Source: Lama guanicoe
Lineage: Eukaryota
DNA length: 64,000 bases
Assembly (NCBI GenBank): GCA_013239625.1
Contig: MU057340.1
Coordinates: 7,458,931-7,522,930 of the forward strand
Direction of reading: 5' to 3'
Shown: piece after piece, positions 24,463-38,219 of the stretch
Position numbering within the stretch: position 1 is the stretch's first letter
How the letters are laid out: every line of letters starts with the position of its first letter
Translations under genes and position numbers: made by a program
Notes under the pieces: generated by a model
Database searches by the model: none
What the model saw: only the letters and a program-made list of their open reading frames with translations
Told to the model about the DNA's origin: nothing

Positions 24463-25259
24463 ATGTTCACTGTGTGAATTATTCATCACCTTTTGTCTTT
24501 AAGTCACCATCGTTAGGGTTCAAAGGGGACCCTGGTGATGATGATGGCTATGGCGTGAGTCCCAAATGACTGTGATCTGCATTGCTTTTCATACTGTGCC
24601 TTTTGGAAGGCTGATTCTCAACTTCTAGCTGTTGCTACTGCCTCCCGTATGTTTTGTTCTGTGGCTCAGCATTGAGGGTCCCGATGGCTCTCTCATCTCT
24701 GATTCCTTCCCACTACACAGCAGCAGGAGATAGCTATGTCGCACGTTCAGAAGCTGAGTATCTGTCTGATTGGACAGGATTTTGTGGCTGAAGGGCTGTA
24801 TAATAGACGTGGACATTGGCAACCGACTGACCTGGGCTTGAATCTCATCTTTTTTTTCTCTTCCGTGATGTATCCCTTGTGAATCTTACCTTTTCAGAAC
24901 TTCAGATTTTGTTTCTGTGAAACAAGGATGCTAATACAGATCTTGGAGGGTAGGGACTGGGAATAACTTATGGAGGGGGCTGGCAGGAGGGGAGTGTGAA
25001 CTACAGCAGTCAGCGTCAGAACCGTGCTTCAAGCCGCAGGAGCGCAGGTTTTTATTTTGCTGTTGGTACGCTTCATTATCCTTTCTCTACTTCATGAGGA
25101 CTTCATCCGTCAGTGCTTATTTTCTGAAAACATAATGTGAGCCAAACCCTGTAGGGAACACAAATGACATGTGCTTGCCGTGATTCTGCCTTCAATGAAT
25201 TGCTCTCTTGTTGAGAAAATGCATGAATATTACTATTACTCTTAATAATAATCATGTCA

Positions 25260-25500
25260 CTAATAAGACCTAATACTCACTGAGAATGTTACTCCGTCGT
25301 GCTTGGTGCTAAATGCTTTACAAATTGGATCTCATTTCATCATCCCAATAACCCATTAGACAAACACTATTACTGTCATCCTCTTTTACCAAAGAGGAAA
25401 GTGGGGCTCCGAGAGCTTAGGAGGGTTGCCCAAGGTCAAGGTCCCACAGCTGAGAGTGGCAGAACCAGGACTTAAACTTGGGCCATGTAACTCTAGAACC
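25260..25500 (-). mobile_element. MIR SINE
   Basis: tactcactgagaatgttac...tgctaaatgcttta...gaggaaagtggggctccgagag...ttgcccaaggtca. Confidence 0.7.
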
Positions 25501-27060
25501 TGGTACAAAGAGCCGTCCACCTTCAGAGAACGGAGAGGCCAGCATGGGGTGAACTCACCTGGAGGGTTTTTTGGAGGGGAGTACTGTTATCTGAGTTCTG
25601 CAAGGTAATCTTTGCAAAGGAATTGTTAACAGCAAAATGTAGCAGTCACAAGAAGGCGAATTAGAAGTTCCCCATGAAACCACACGTCCATCATTTTTCT
25701 GTTTGGCTTTATGCAAGTGCCTGAATCTTCCCAAGTAATTCATTGTTGGTTGAGGTGGCCCCTGCATCCTGTGATCTCATTGGTTTTACATCAATCATTT
25801 GGACCTCATTGTTCCAAGAATCAAGGGATTTTTATGCCGGAAGGGATGCCCGGAGTCCCGTTGTGAGCTCCAGAGAGAGAGAGGGTGTGAGTTACCCAAG
25901 ATGATACAGCTGGTCCAGCTCGAAATCAGGCCTCCTGAATGCCACAATGGTCCTCTTTCCATTTTGCCACATGGGGCCCCTGCCTTTTATGACATCAGAG
26001 AGGGGGGTCTAGGTTTTACCAGAATTTTTCCATCTCTTTTCCAAGGGCTTCATGTATGGCTCTATTTGACACCCATTCCCTCCAGACCCTTCCCTTCTCT
26101 TAATCAGGGCAGGACGCATTTACCAAAAGGTGTTCTTGGTCAGCCTGCATCTCCCTTATCAAAATGCCACTCCATTGTCTTGCTTCCAGCCAGACACAAT
26201 GTACTGGGGGCCCCCTTCCTCCTGCCGAGGAGTCATGCTCCCCCTCTGACTGGAAGCAAAGAGTGTTCACACTCAGAATGCTGAGGATCTGATTAGATTT
26301 TAAAGTTGGCCATACACCCTCTTCCCGCCACCCAATATATTATGTGTTCGGCTGGAGACGCTTTTGTTTTGAAATAATGTCTTTATTTCAAACAAAAATT
26401 CAGAGCCTGGTTGGACAAACGCATAAACAGGTATCCGATTCAGAACGACTTCTTCGAAGAGGCCGCCTCTCGTCCGCTGTCAGTCGGTCCCTGCTGAGTT
26501 GTTTGATGCGTTCACTGCATTTTATATTGCTTAATGTGGCTTATGTATCTGCCAATAAATCTGAAATACAGGTCACAGAATATGCAGCTCAAGGAAATCC
26601 ATAAAAGTAGTCGAGAGAGGCTTCGCTAACTGCATCAGATGGCCAAAAGCTGAGGTCATTTCCTCTTGCTAAAAATGTAGAGCTTCATAAATTATTTTTA
26701 TCACCTCCAGAGCCAAGCAAACAGTTTTGCACAGATGCCAAAGGGGTTGCATTGCTTTTGTTTCTCTTTAAGCTGAAAACGTTTTTCTCAAGTCTTCTCC
26801 AAAATGATTGCGCTTTTATTTAAAAAAAAATTGTTTTGGCATTATTTACATCCTAGCAGTTTGCACGTAAGTCTAGGAACAGAAACACAATAGCATCTGA
26901 TCAGAGTCTTCAGTGACAGTGACGCCAGGACCCGGCTCGGGAGACGGTTGTGACCGAGGCTTAATTACTCGCCACCATCGCGAGTTGACGTTGTTTCCTT
27001 TGAAACAGTTTTTAAGGAGACGTTAGGTATGCATAGACAGTCAAAACGAGCAGCGAACGT

Positions 27061-30000
27061 NNNNNNNNNNNNNNNNNNNNNNNNNNNNNNNNNNNNNNNN
27101 NNNNNNNNNNNNNNNNNNNNNNNNNNNNNNNNNNNNNNNNNNNNNNNNNNNNNNNNNNNNNNNNNNNNNNNNNNNNNNNNNNNNNNNNNNNNNNNNNNNN
27201 NNNNNNNNNNNNNNNNNNNNNNNNNNNNNNNNNNNNNNNNNNNNNNNNNNNNNNNNNNNNNNNNNNNNNNNNNNNNNNNNNNNNNNNNNNNNNNNNNNNN
27301 NNNNNNNNNNNNNNNNNNNNNNNNNNNNNNNNNNNNNNNNNNNNNNNNNNNNNNNNNNNNNNNNNNNNNNNNNNNNNNNNNNNNNNNNNNNNNNNNNNNN
27401 NNNNNNNNAGAAAGGGAAACGGTTTGAAGGGGAAAAAAAAAAGGTTAGTGTGTCTACTTTANNNNNNNNNNNNNNNNNNNNNNNNNNNNNNNNNNNNNNN
27501 NNNNNNNNNNNNNNNNNNNNNNNNNNNNNNNNNNNNNNNNNNNNNNNNNNNNNNNNNNNNNNNNNNNNNNNNNNNNNNNNNNNNNNNNNNNNNNNNNNNN
27601 NNNNNNNNNNNNNNNNNNNNNNNNNNNNNNNNNNNNNNNNNNNNNNNNNNNNNNNNNAGGCAAATATAAGCTCCTGGAAGGCTGGGTTGTTCACGAGACA
27701 TTCTTCTTCTGCCAAGTAAATGCAGGCAGATTTGGAAAATATCATGTCTCTTGTAGCCCTGATTCATACCTTCCAGGGAAGGCAATGAAGCCTGTGTCCA
27801 AACTTATTTTTCGTCCCTTTTGCAAAGCTTTCCTGGGAATGAAAGATAGGTGTCTTCCTTGTTTTCCTTTTTTTCCACGTGGCAGAATTCCCTAAAGCAT
27901 CTCATACACAACCCAGTCCCCCCCTCCGCCGCCCCCGCCAACCTCTCTTTTGAACTCACCAAAACATCTCATTAGTAAAGGCAAGATTCAGCTCACCGTA
28001 ATCTTTCCCCAGCTGAGGCAAAGCCGCACAATTTACAATAGATCTCTGGAAAACTGCTTTTTACCGAGTGCGGCTGCATCTATAGATCTCTCTCAATTAC
28101 CCACAGTAAATTTAGGCATTGTACAAGAGCAAATTTTACAGTCCATGAAGAGATGAAGTGAAATCTAGATGAAATTCATTGTGACAGATTCCCNNNNNNN
28201 NNNNNNNNNNNNNNNNNNNNNNNNNNNNNNNNNNNNNNNNNNNNNNNNNNNNNNNNNNNNNNNNNNNNNNNNNNNNNNNNNNNNNNNNNNNNNNNNNNNN
28301 NNNNNNNNNNNNNNNNNNNNNNNNNNNNNNNNNNNNNNNNNNNNNNNNNNNNNNNNNNNNNNNNNNNNNNNNNNNNNNNNNNNNNNNNNNNNNNNNNNNN
28401 NNNNNNNNNNNNNNNNNNNNNNNNNNNNNNNNNNNNNNNNNNNNNNNNNNNNNNNNNNNNNNNNNNNNNGCTGATTTGGGGGTTCTTCAATGCAAAGGCC
28501 CACTCCTTTGGAGGCGGAAACTTGTGTTACAAATACACTGTTTCAGAAATAGGCTCTTCCACAATCCTGTCTTTAGTTCTGTTTCAGCATCACTGGACTC
28601 GTTCCTCGGTCCTACTGTGTACAAGGATTTTTTTGCATTGTGACTTTGTGACTCTTCCCCCACCTCTTTTTCCTTTAAAGACTCCCCCTGCACCAGATCA
28701 GACATCTGGGGCCAAATAATTATCACAGAGGGAAGTCTGAAAGGAAACCATGTTAAAGAAGCCAGGCTAGCAAGACTTTATTTTAAATGTGTAGTTAATC
28801 ATCGGGAAAATAAAGAATGTCACATTCTGTTGCATAAACAGTCCCACCTAATCTGTCGGTCAAACATGATTGATCAGGCTTAGTCACTACTCAGATGTTG
28901 AGTACAGGGTGAACAGTTTGTGCAATGCTGTGACACCTTCGGGATGCCTGCATGATCACCACTCGTACAACAGCTCGAGTTATGTGAGTTATTCTATTCA
29001 ATTACAGCATAAACGCACAGCACTTAGACCACCTGAACAGAAGGCGTTTCTTAATTCATTGCATTTGATACAAATGCAATAACAGCTTGTCATGAGGCAA
29101 AGCTGTCTTTGGCCAAAGGCTCTGAAGTTAACATATATACATTAAAGACCTAACAAATCTCTTCCTGTATCCAGTGTCTTCCTCCTGATTTACAAGGCAG
29201 GAGAGAGGTCATTTTGAAAGGGGACTGTGGATCCAAAGCGCGGCAGCGTGTTGAGTCACTCGGTAGTCTCCCATAAATCCCCGGGGACAACTTTAGAAAG
29301 AGTCGACTTTACCTCTTCTGTCTACGATCATCTATTTTCACATCAGGATGAACAACATTATCCTCGTCGTGGGAGAACCCGAGACTAGCGACTCGACGCC
29401 AGGCTCTNNNNNNNNNNNNNNNNNNNNNNNNNNNNNNNNNNNNNNNNNNNNNNNNNNNNNNNNNNNNNNNNNNNNNNNNNNNNNNNNNNNNNNNNNNNNN
29501 NNNNNNNNNNNNNNNNNNNNNNNNNNNNNNNNNNNNNNNNNNNNNNNNNNNNNNNNNNNNNNNNNNNNNNNNNNNNNNNNNNNNNNNNNNNNNNNNNNNN
29601 NNNNNNNNNNNNNNNNNNNNNNNNNNNNNNNNNNNNNNNNNNNNNNNNNNNNNNNNNNNNNNNNNNNAGCCCTCAGTGCCGCACACGCGGTGAAACCAGT
29701 CACACTCAAGGAGCACTCNNNNNNNNNNNNNNNNNNNNNNNNNNNNNNNNNNNNNNNNNNNNNNNNNNNNNNNNNNNNNNNNNNNNNNNNNNNNNNNNNN
29801 NNNNNNNNNNNNNNNNNNNNNNNNNNNNNNNNNNNNNNNNNNNNNNNNNNNNNNNNNNNNNNNNNNNNNNNNNNNNNNNNNNNNNNNNNNACCTTATTCG
29901 AAGACGAGGACTCCATAATGTCTCTATGCTGTACCGTTTCTCGCTTCTCTGTTCTCCTGCCGGGGAGGGGTTGCGTGGTGCNNNNNNNNNNNNNNNNNNN

Positions 30001-30545
30001 NNNNNNNNNNNNNNNNNNNNNNNNNNNNNNNNNNNNNNNNNNNNNNNNNNNNNNNNNNNNNNNNNNNNNNNNNNNNNNNNNNNNNNNNNNNNNNNNNNNN
30101 NNNNNNNNNNNNNNNNNNNNNNNNNNNNNNNNNNNNNNNNNNNNNAGGGATTTGGTTTGGTGGAAAACTGTACTGCCAAGGCGTAACTCAATTGTACAGA
30201 AAATTCTTTTGATCTTTCATTGTGTGCTCTTTTATTTAATTTTAAAGAGTCCAAGGCGAGTGGTGCAGATATTTAAGGAAACTCTGCCCCGAACTCCTGT
30301 TATACTGGCTGCAAAGGGCTTTAATAACATAAATTTAATAANNNNNNNNNNNNNNNNNNNNNNNNNNNNNNNNNNNNNNNNNNNNNNNNNNNNNNNNNNN
30401 NNNNNNNNNNNNNNNNNNNNNNNNNNNNNNNNNNNNNNNNNNNNNNNNNNNNNNNNNNNNNNNNNNNNNNNNNNNNNNNNNNNNNNNNNNNNNNNNNNNN
30501 NNNNNNNNNNNNNNNNNNNNNNNNNNNNNNNNNNNNNNNNNNNNN
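27061..30545. other. Cluster of seven N runs (27061-27408, 27462-27657, 28194-28469, 29408-29667, 29719-29890, 29982-30145, 30342-30545)
   Basis: Direct inspection. Other N runs lie at 20043-20231, 32699-32837 and 42130-42325. Confidence 0.99.
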
Positions 30546-30687
30546 AATGCATTATATTTCCCTTGAATGGGTCTTCGTGCATTCTCATTTCTCTGAATGA
30601 AGAAAATCGTGGAGGGAGATGAAAATGAGGCATTTTCAGCTGGCATTGTTACTAAAAGAATCACGCTTTTAAAAAAAAATCAGAGAA

Positions 30688-30780
30688 TATGTATGACTGA
30701 AACATTATGCTGGACAACAGAAATTGACACAAGATTGTAAACTGACTATACTTCAATAAAAAAGAATGCAAATAAAAAAA
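30688..30780 (+). mobile_element. Short L1 3' end
   Basis: atgactgaaacattatgct...cagaaattgacaca...actgactatacttcaataaaaa. Confidence 0.8.
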
Positions 30781-32299
30781 TGGGAGAATGCCTCTTTCTC
30801 CACACTTCTTAGGCTTTAAACTCTAGATCTAAAAAATGCAAATAAAGAGAAACATATTCTGCATATTTGCCGGTCTAGTCCATCTTTTTTTCTTTCTTTC
30901 TTTCTTTCTTTTTTTTTTTTGGTTATGCAGACCTATGTGTGAACCAGTGCCAACAGCTGTCACCAACTCCAACATGCTACATGCCTGTGAGAAGGTTTAA
31001 GTTTAGGTAAAGAAAAGAACGTAGCATTTTTGTTGTCTTTTCACCCTGTGGGATGGATGTTCCCCACTTAAATCATCAGCCACAGGGTATCTGTGGCTGG
31101 GACTCCACACAGATGCTAATGAACTTGGAACAACATTTATGTGGCTGAACAAAAACTGATCCTAAACACCCCAAGTCAAGCGCAGCCAACAAGAAATAGA
31201 CTGACACACTTCTATCAGGAAGGCAACCGGAATGTCAAACTCTTGAATGATATTAGGTGAACTCAGCTCTGTTTTACCATCTCAGTAAATAAATCTAGAG
31301 ATGATAAACAATCATAAATAGCTGTAAAGAGTATTCCATAAAAATCAAATCTTAAATGTACCTACATACCACTCCCATATAACTACCCTCCTCGCCACCA
31401 GAAAGAACCTTTTGCTAAATCTCCAGGTGGAAATAGATTTACATTTAACACAAAGGTAGTGTTAATTTTATATATATATATAAAATATGTATATTATATA
31501 TATATTTTTTTATAAGTCTACAGGGACTAGAGTATTGGAAGGAAATAAAACAACATTCTTAGGATGCAGGCTCACTGGAGTATCTGTTTATTATCTTTCC
31601 CAAAGCACCATGATCTTACTCCAATGCTGAGGACTTCAATCCTTACTATGGTGAAAACACTGCACCCCTATACCCTGGCTAGAAAGGCGGTGGAGGCAGT
31701 CACCCTTTGCCTATCATCTGAACAACACAATTATTGGGAAGATAATAAGATTATCCAGGCTTTTGCTTCTCAAAATTATACTGAGGAACACCGACTGAGT
31801 CCTGTTTCTTGTGCATCCATCTTTAAAACAAATAAGGGAAGTGAGAATGTGCCGCTAAGCTAATGAGGACTGTGAGACAGAGCCATAGATACATTTTCTC
31901 ACTTGCCTAATGAGCAAAGTGACAGACAGTGAAACAGTTCACACTTGAGTAATTCTCTAGTCATCAGCAACTGTGGCGGGGCCCCTCTTGCCCGGGCTTT
32001 GGAGGAGGCTTGTAGGGAGATGTAATGAAGAATTGCACCGCCCCCCCCACCCTGCTGGCTGGAATAAGTTATCACAAAGAGAGAGGTCTTGGGGTACACT
32101 CCCCGAGGAAATTTAACCAGGAAAAAAAAAAGAGTCCATTTAAGGCCTCTTCAGCCATAGATTCAATTAGAATTAAATTAAAACAATGGAAAAAAGAATC
32201 ACCTATCAGGCCAGCTGCCTGAGGGGGTGGGGTAGCTAAGAAACTGAAAGGTGATGACCCCTCACTATCCAGCTGTGAACACTGCTTTTATTTATTAAA

Positions 32300-32940
32300 A
32301 AGATTTTAATTGAAGTATAACAATGTTGTGTTAATTTCTGGTGTACAGCATGGTGATATATATATTCTTTTTCATATTCTTTTTCATTATAGGCCATTAC
32401 AAGGTATGGAATATAATTTCCTGTGCTATACAGTAGGACCTTGCTGTTTATCTATTTTATATACGGTAGTTAGTATCTGCACATCTCAAACTCCCAATTT
32501 ATCGCTCCACACCCCCTTTTCTCCCTGGTAACCATAAGCTTGTTATCCATGTCTGTGAGTCTGTTTCTGTTTAGTAAATAAGTTCATTTGTGTCACTATT
32601 TTAGATTCCACATATAAGTGATATCATATGATTTTTTTCTTTCCCTTTCTGGCTTACTTCACTTAGAATAATGATCTCCCAGGTCCACCCATGTTGCTNN
32701 NNNNNNNNNNNNNNNNNNNNNNNNNNNNNNNNNNNNNNNNNNNNNNNNNNNNNNNNNNNNNNNNNNNNNNNNNNNNNNNNNNNNNNNNNNNNNNNNNNNN
32801 NNNNNNNNNNNNNNNNNNNNNNNNNNNNNNNNNNNNNGCTGTGAACATTGGGGTGCATTATTTTTTTTGAATTAGAGTTTCCTCCAGATAAATGCCCAGG
32901 AGTGGAATTGCTAGATCATATGGTAAGCCTATTTTTAGTT
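32300..32940 (-). mobile_element. L1 3' end (contains an N run)
   Basis: ttgaagtata...tagattccacatataagtgatatc...ctggcttacttcacttag...gcccaggagtggaattgctagatcatatggt. Confidence 0.92.
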
Positions 32941-35900
32941 TTGTTTTTTTTTTAATTTTCTTATTGAAGTATGGTCAGTTTCAATGTGTCAATTTCTGGC
33001 ATATAGCATAATGTCTCAGTCATACTTAGCGTCTAGAAAAACACTTCTTTGACTCATGAATTGGGACTTTTAATTATTTCATTTAAATTATTTTATTTAC
33101 TTAATAAAGATAGTCTGTATTTTATGGAGGTGAATCAGATGTTTGGAGAGTCTGAAAGCTAGCCACAGGCTGCGCAAGCAGGGCATGACGAGACCAGGAC
33201 CAGACCAAGGTTCCCTGGGCTCTTTTCACTCACCTGTCTGTACGTAGAGGATGAAGGCCTGTGGATGGGCTAGGAAGGCCTACAGTGGATGCAAAGTAAC
33301 AGAAGCAAATGATGTCCTGCAGGCTGTGGTAAAGACTTTCTGTTGCCTATATGTTTGTGTGTTGAAAATTACTGGTAAAGAAACAGTACTTGGAACTCTT
33401 TCAGCTGGATTAGCGTTAAGGGGGACTATATACTAAGAAGGTTCACCTTGTTTGCATGCGATGATTGCCAGGCTGAAGAGGTCTGGATGGGTTAAAAGGA
33501 GGTCTAAGACAAGTCATGCAAAAAGGCTGGATATGGTCCAACAAAGGAGGGATGGTTTCGATCTTACAACAGTGTTGATTATTAACTTATTGGCACCTAA
33601 TATTCTTTCGGTAAATACATGTATTATCTCTAATCATAATGGCAACACTAAGAGGGTGTGTGCTATTATTATTTCCATTGTGTAAATGAGGAACCTGAAA
33701 CTCAAAATGGGATGTTTCTTGCCCATCACTGCCACCTTCCCCCTGGGGCCCGGCAAGCTGGTGTGACCCAAGGGCCAAAGCTCAACATCCAATATGTTCA
33801 GTTTTCAGTTATTTGTTTTGATGTCACTTATATCATGTGTGCCTATGGCATAAAACCTGTTTAAAATATTTAGCGCAGTCTGTATCTTTTTATCTGAATG
33901 CTTCAGTGACCACAATATCTTGGAAGCTAAGTGGGCTGGTGCCAGCACTTAGAAGAGAGTCTGGTTACCACGTGCCCAGGCTCCATCTTTTAGAGGTTCT
34001 TGACTTTATTCAAATTACTAATCACTTAGAGCATCACTAAAAGCCTTTCTCCCTTGCTCCCCATGCATGCTTAACCTAATTAACTATAAATGAGGAAAAT
34101 GCTCTCCACATTAAAAGAAAATGTTAACCTATAAATTATCCTACTCTTTCGGGTGAGGCTAAGAGCTCCTTTATAAAGCTCAGCTATGGGCACAAACTCT
34201 CTGTTTATGTGCCTCCCATGCCCTCCCTCCCTAGAATGGGCCACAGAATCTTTGGTCCATCTTGTTCTCTTCCTCTGTATTGATTATGATGCTAAGTGTA
34301 TTTCTCAAATGGTCCTCCTTCGTGTTTGCTTAAATATCCTCAGGAAACTAGAATAATAGAGTGGAGAGCCTCTAACATGCCCTCAGGAGCTCCTTGGGGT
34401 AGAAAAATAGCAAGTGACTTCCTAGACTCATCCCTCAGTCCAGGAAATTCTGATCATCACCCACCTCTGTAGACAGATCCAGCCACAGAGAAGCCTCAGT
34501 CTCCCTCTAGTTGACCCCACCGAGCCCTGCCCCACTCTGCCTTCCTTTCAAGCCACTCCATTAGATGGGTCAACACATACAGGGAAGGGTCTCCTGAAGA
34601 CTCTTGTTAGAAGGCGTGCCCATCGACACATTAATCTGAAAGCCCACATTAATCTATCAAATGACCCTAACCTTAACCTTTGAGAGCTGAGGCAGAACAG
34701 GAAATTGGTTCTGGGGCAGGAGGAGAGGCAGGGAGTGTCGATCATCCCCAGGGGGAAGCTGTCAGGGAAAGACCTTGAGCAGCTCGTGGACTCAAGTGGA
34801 AGCCAGTTGCCAGGGACAAAGCAGTGATGATGAGGGGAAACAGAGCCCAAACTCCCCAGTCTTCCACTGTGTTCACAGCTGTCCCCACTTTTCATGAACA
34901 TGATGTATTAGGAGGTTGCAATGAGTTAGGAAAATGCAATGGGCATGGACGATTTCTGATTCTCTTTTCTACGATGCCCTCACTCCTGTTAACCTTTGTT
35001 CTAGTTACAGAGTTCTTCACAAACCCCAGTTTATTCCTGAGGCTCTGGGGGAAACTCCAGTCTTTGGGGACATTAGTAGGAGGTCCCTGTCCTCAGTCTT
35101 GCTATGGACTTACACCCCCAAGTCTACCCTGGGCTCTCCGTGGCGGGGAGTGGAGGAGGCTGTGATCAGGCCACTGGGGGTTGCCTGAGTCCAGGCAGGC
35201 TTAACCTCCACATGTGCAGTCAATTCTTGATTATCCACACCAATGGTCTGTGACCCAGGCTCAGGTAATCCCAAATAATTGACGATCCAAAAGGAATTTC
35301 TCCTTGGCTTTGGAATACGTTCTAATTTTTCCAGCTGCGGATTTCCTTTCTCCCACGTATGCTTTCCTTGGTAGGATATTAAAAATCATTTATGTTCCTT
35401 TTAGCTTGGTCTGAGCAATGGCTTGAAGTCAGCTTCAGATTGAAAATTTGCCTACTCCGTAGACAAATGATTCCCTTGCAGGCAGTTGAATTTGACAGCA
35501 TCATATATTGCATAAAGAGTAATCTGTCCAGGCTTGGGTTGTTCATTCATTCATTCATTCACCCGTTTGACACCCATGCATTGAGCGCCTACTGTGTTCT
35601 GGCCATTATACTATGAATTAGGGATTTAGGGATGAAAGATTGAGCCCCAGCTCTTGAGGGATATACCTTCTACTGGGGCTCAATGGAATAGATTTTAGTA
35701 TCACCCTCTGCATCTGCCTGTACCCACTACATATTCACTTATCGCTCGCATTTGCAGCTTAGTGTCTGTCTAGCCTTTCATTTGAGAAGTTTCAACATTT
35801 GCGAGGAAGAGCTGTAGGTGACTACTGGGTTGAGCAGGGCCTCCCAGAGAAAGAAAAAACACAGATTGCTCCCATTTTTGAGGCTCCAAATTTACCAAAA

Positions 35901-35960
35901 ATGAAGAGATGTCAAAACACAGGTATACATACATGATAGATTTTTGAATGTTTGCATTTT

Positions 35961-36102
35961 AGGGGGAGAGCATAGCTCAAATGGTAGAGTGTAAGCTTAG
36001 CATGCATGAGGTCCTGGGTTCAATCCCCAGTACCTCCTCTAAAAAAAAAAAAAAAGTAAGTAAACCTAACCTACCTCCCTACCAAAGAAATACAATAAAA
36101 TA
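35961..36102 (+). mobile_element. Vic-1-type SINE with 13-bp TSD
   Basis: tRNA-like head with intact A and B boxes; TSD aatgtttgcattt at 35947-35959 and 36103-36115. Confidence 0.9.
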
Positions 36103-37864
36103 AATGTTTGCATTTAAAAAAATTAATATTTGGACACTCCAAAAGTAGAGATAGCATTTATATAACTTTATTTGGAGAAAATGACAAATGTCTAAATTTC
36201 AGGCTATTTATGAACGTGAGATCTGGTCCATCTCCCTCCCCCTGCCCCCTCACACTCGACCCCTGCCAAGAAAAGCCCTGATTGACAGGAGGGAGGTCTA
36301 AATGGGGCTGAGTGGAGTCATTTCAATGCTCACAGGAACCACTGCAGATATGAAGCAGTTGGTTTGTGGCTCTGTGCCCTGTGGTCACAAGGAATAGTTC
36401 TCAGAAAGGCAGACACCTCCTAAGTACTTTGAATCAAAAGGCATCAAATCAGTTTATTTCTCCAAAGTCGGCGTGTTCCCACCCGGGGCACTGGAAGGAT
36501 CCTGATGGAATTTCTGGGCACCGGAAGTTGTGTTTAAGTCCAGCCCTTTCTAGTATCGTCCCTTCCCCCCTCCACACACATTGAGATTAATCTCAGTTTT
36601 CTTCTCAAAAAGCCCTTGGAAGATGAGGACATTTTGACAGTGTGAAAATTGGAGTTAAGGGCCAGAGGGTGTCACTCAGCTTATGTCTTTATGTTTGTGA
36701 AAGTAAAACAGTAAAGAGCACCCTAACATTTCTGGTGACATTTCACCCATTTAAATTTGTTATGATGGATGCTGTATAATTAATTTTTATCTTAACACCC
36801 ATTGCTATTCGTAGGAATTCCCTCCTGGAGCAGATCAATGAGATGTTTGTAAATTGTTTTTTCAGATCCTATGAAAGCTAGGAGGCATTTTCTCTCTGTG
36901 TCGACTTTTTCAGTGTTTGCTAATGTTATGACTTAGAATTATTAACTACCATCTCCAAGATCTTGGGTCCCCTGTGGGTTCAGAACTGCAGAGTAGTTGG
37001 ATACCTGAGATGGAAGAAGCCTCGGGCGACCTTCATGGCTCATTTGGTGTATTTGAAATGCCTGTCCAGTAGCCAGGACTCCAGCCTCCGCCCTGCTATT
37101 GGTCCTGTTCATACACAGCTTAGCCCTTTGCTTTCCCACAGAAATAGGTGTCTCTTTCTTTGTTTCAATTTCCTTCAGAATTCCTAATGTTTCACTATCT
37201 AACTTCTACTCTTCCTTTGCCTTGATTCTTTCTTTGCTATTCCCCACACCTAGTTCTTTCTTTCTAGTTACTTCCAACTGGAATGATTCACGTGTCACAC
37301 AAATTGGAACTGAAATTTTCGTGGTTGCCAAAAAGACATTCAGAAGTCAATCCTTTAATACTCACATTTCCCGCAGGAGAACTTGTGGGTTAGAGGCATT
37401 CTCGTGTGCGTGTGTGTGAAGGTTTGTCAGTCGAACAGTGAGAATTGGAGGAAGCCACGAGAAGACCAACAGTAATAGACTTGTGGTTGTGGTTGTGAAA
37501 AAGCAGAAGATGAGGGAAGACGGTCCCCTTAGGGAAGAAGGTAAGGGATGATGTGAGTGCAAACTTTCATGAAGTCAAAGTCAGGCTCATTTTATAACGA
37601 ATGTGATGATTTGCTATCCTTTGATGGAAAAAAACCCTCACTGTTTAAATAGGAGCTAACATTTAGCAAGTGTTTATTGTGTCAGGCACTGTTCAAGTTT
37701 AAGTACATGTAATGTTGTATAAATGCACCTCACCAAATCTTTTTTTTAAATTGAAGTATAGTCAATTTCATTGTAGGTTACCGCAGGACCCTTGACAACA
37801 TTTCTATGCGTAGGACCTTTTATTGCCCCTACTTTGCACAACGAGGAAGCAGAAAGGTTAAGAA

Positions 37865-38020
37865 TTATTCAATATCTTGTAGCAAACTTTAATGAAAAAG
37901 AATATGAAAACAAATATACAGATGTATATGCGTGACTGGGACATTGTGCTGTGCACCAGAAATTGACACATCGGAATGGACTGTACTTCAACATAAACAA
38001 ACAAACAAACAAACAAATGA
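37865..38020 (+). mobile_element. L1 3' end with (AAAC)n tail
   Basis: aatgaaaaagaatatgaaaacaaatat...gactgggacattgtgctgtgcaccagaaattgacaca. Confidence 0.85.
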
Positions 38021-38219
38021 ACAAACTCGAGTCTCTGTGGCTTTAGAGTCTGAAGTGTTTGGCCATCATCTGCCAATGGCACAAAACTTATCTTTTGAAG
38101 TTACTCTCAAAGCATTGGGGACACGAGGACAGTTAGTTTAACAGCCCTTTTCCTTAAATCTATCTCGTGACTGGAAGAAGGCAACTGGGATTAACACTGC
38201 GCTCTGGTCCAGGTACATG

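Noticed and set aside
25799-26284. 161-aa ORF (similarly the 159-aa ORF at 17361..17840)
   Set aside because: Non-ATG start, overlap with MIR/L2-like sequence, no recognisable domain.
27029-30664. Long ORFs of 100-424 aa in the ORF track
   Set aside because: Mostly X residues from N runs; artefacts.
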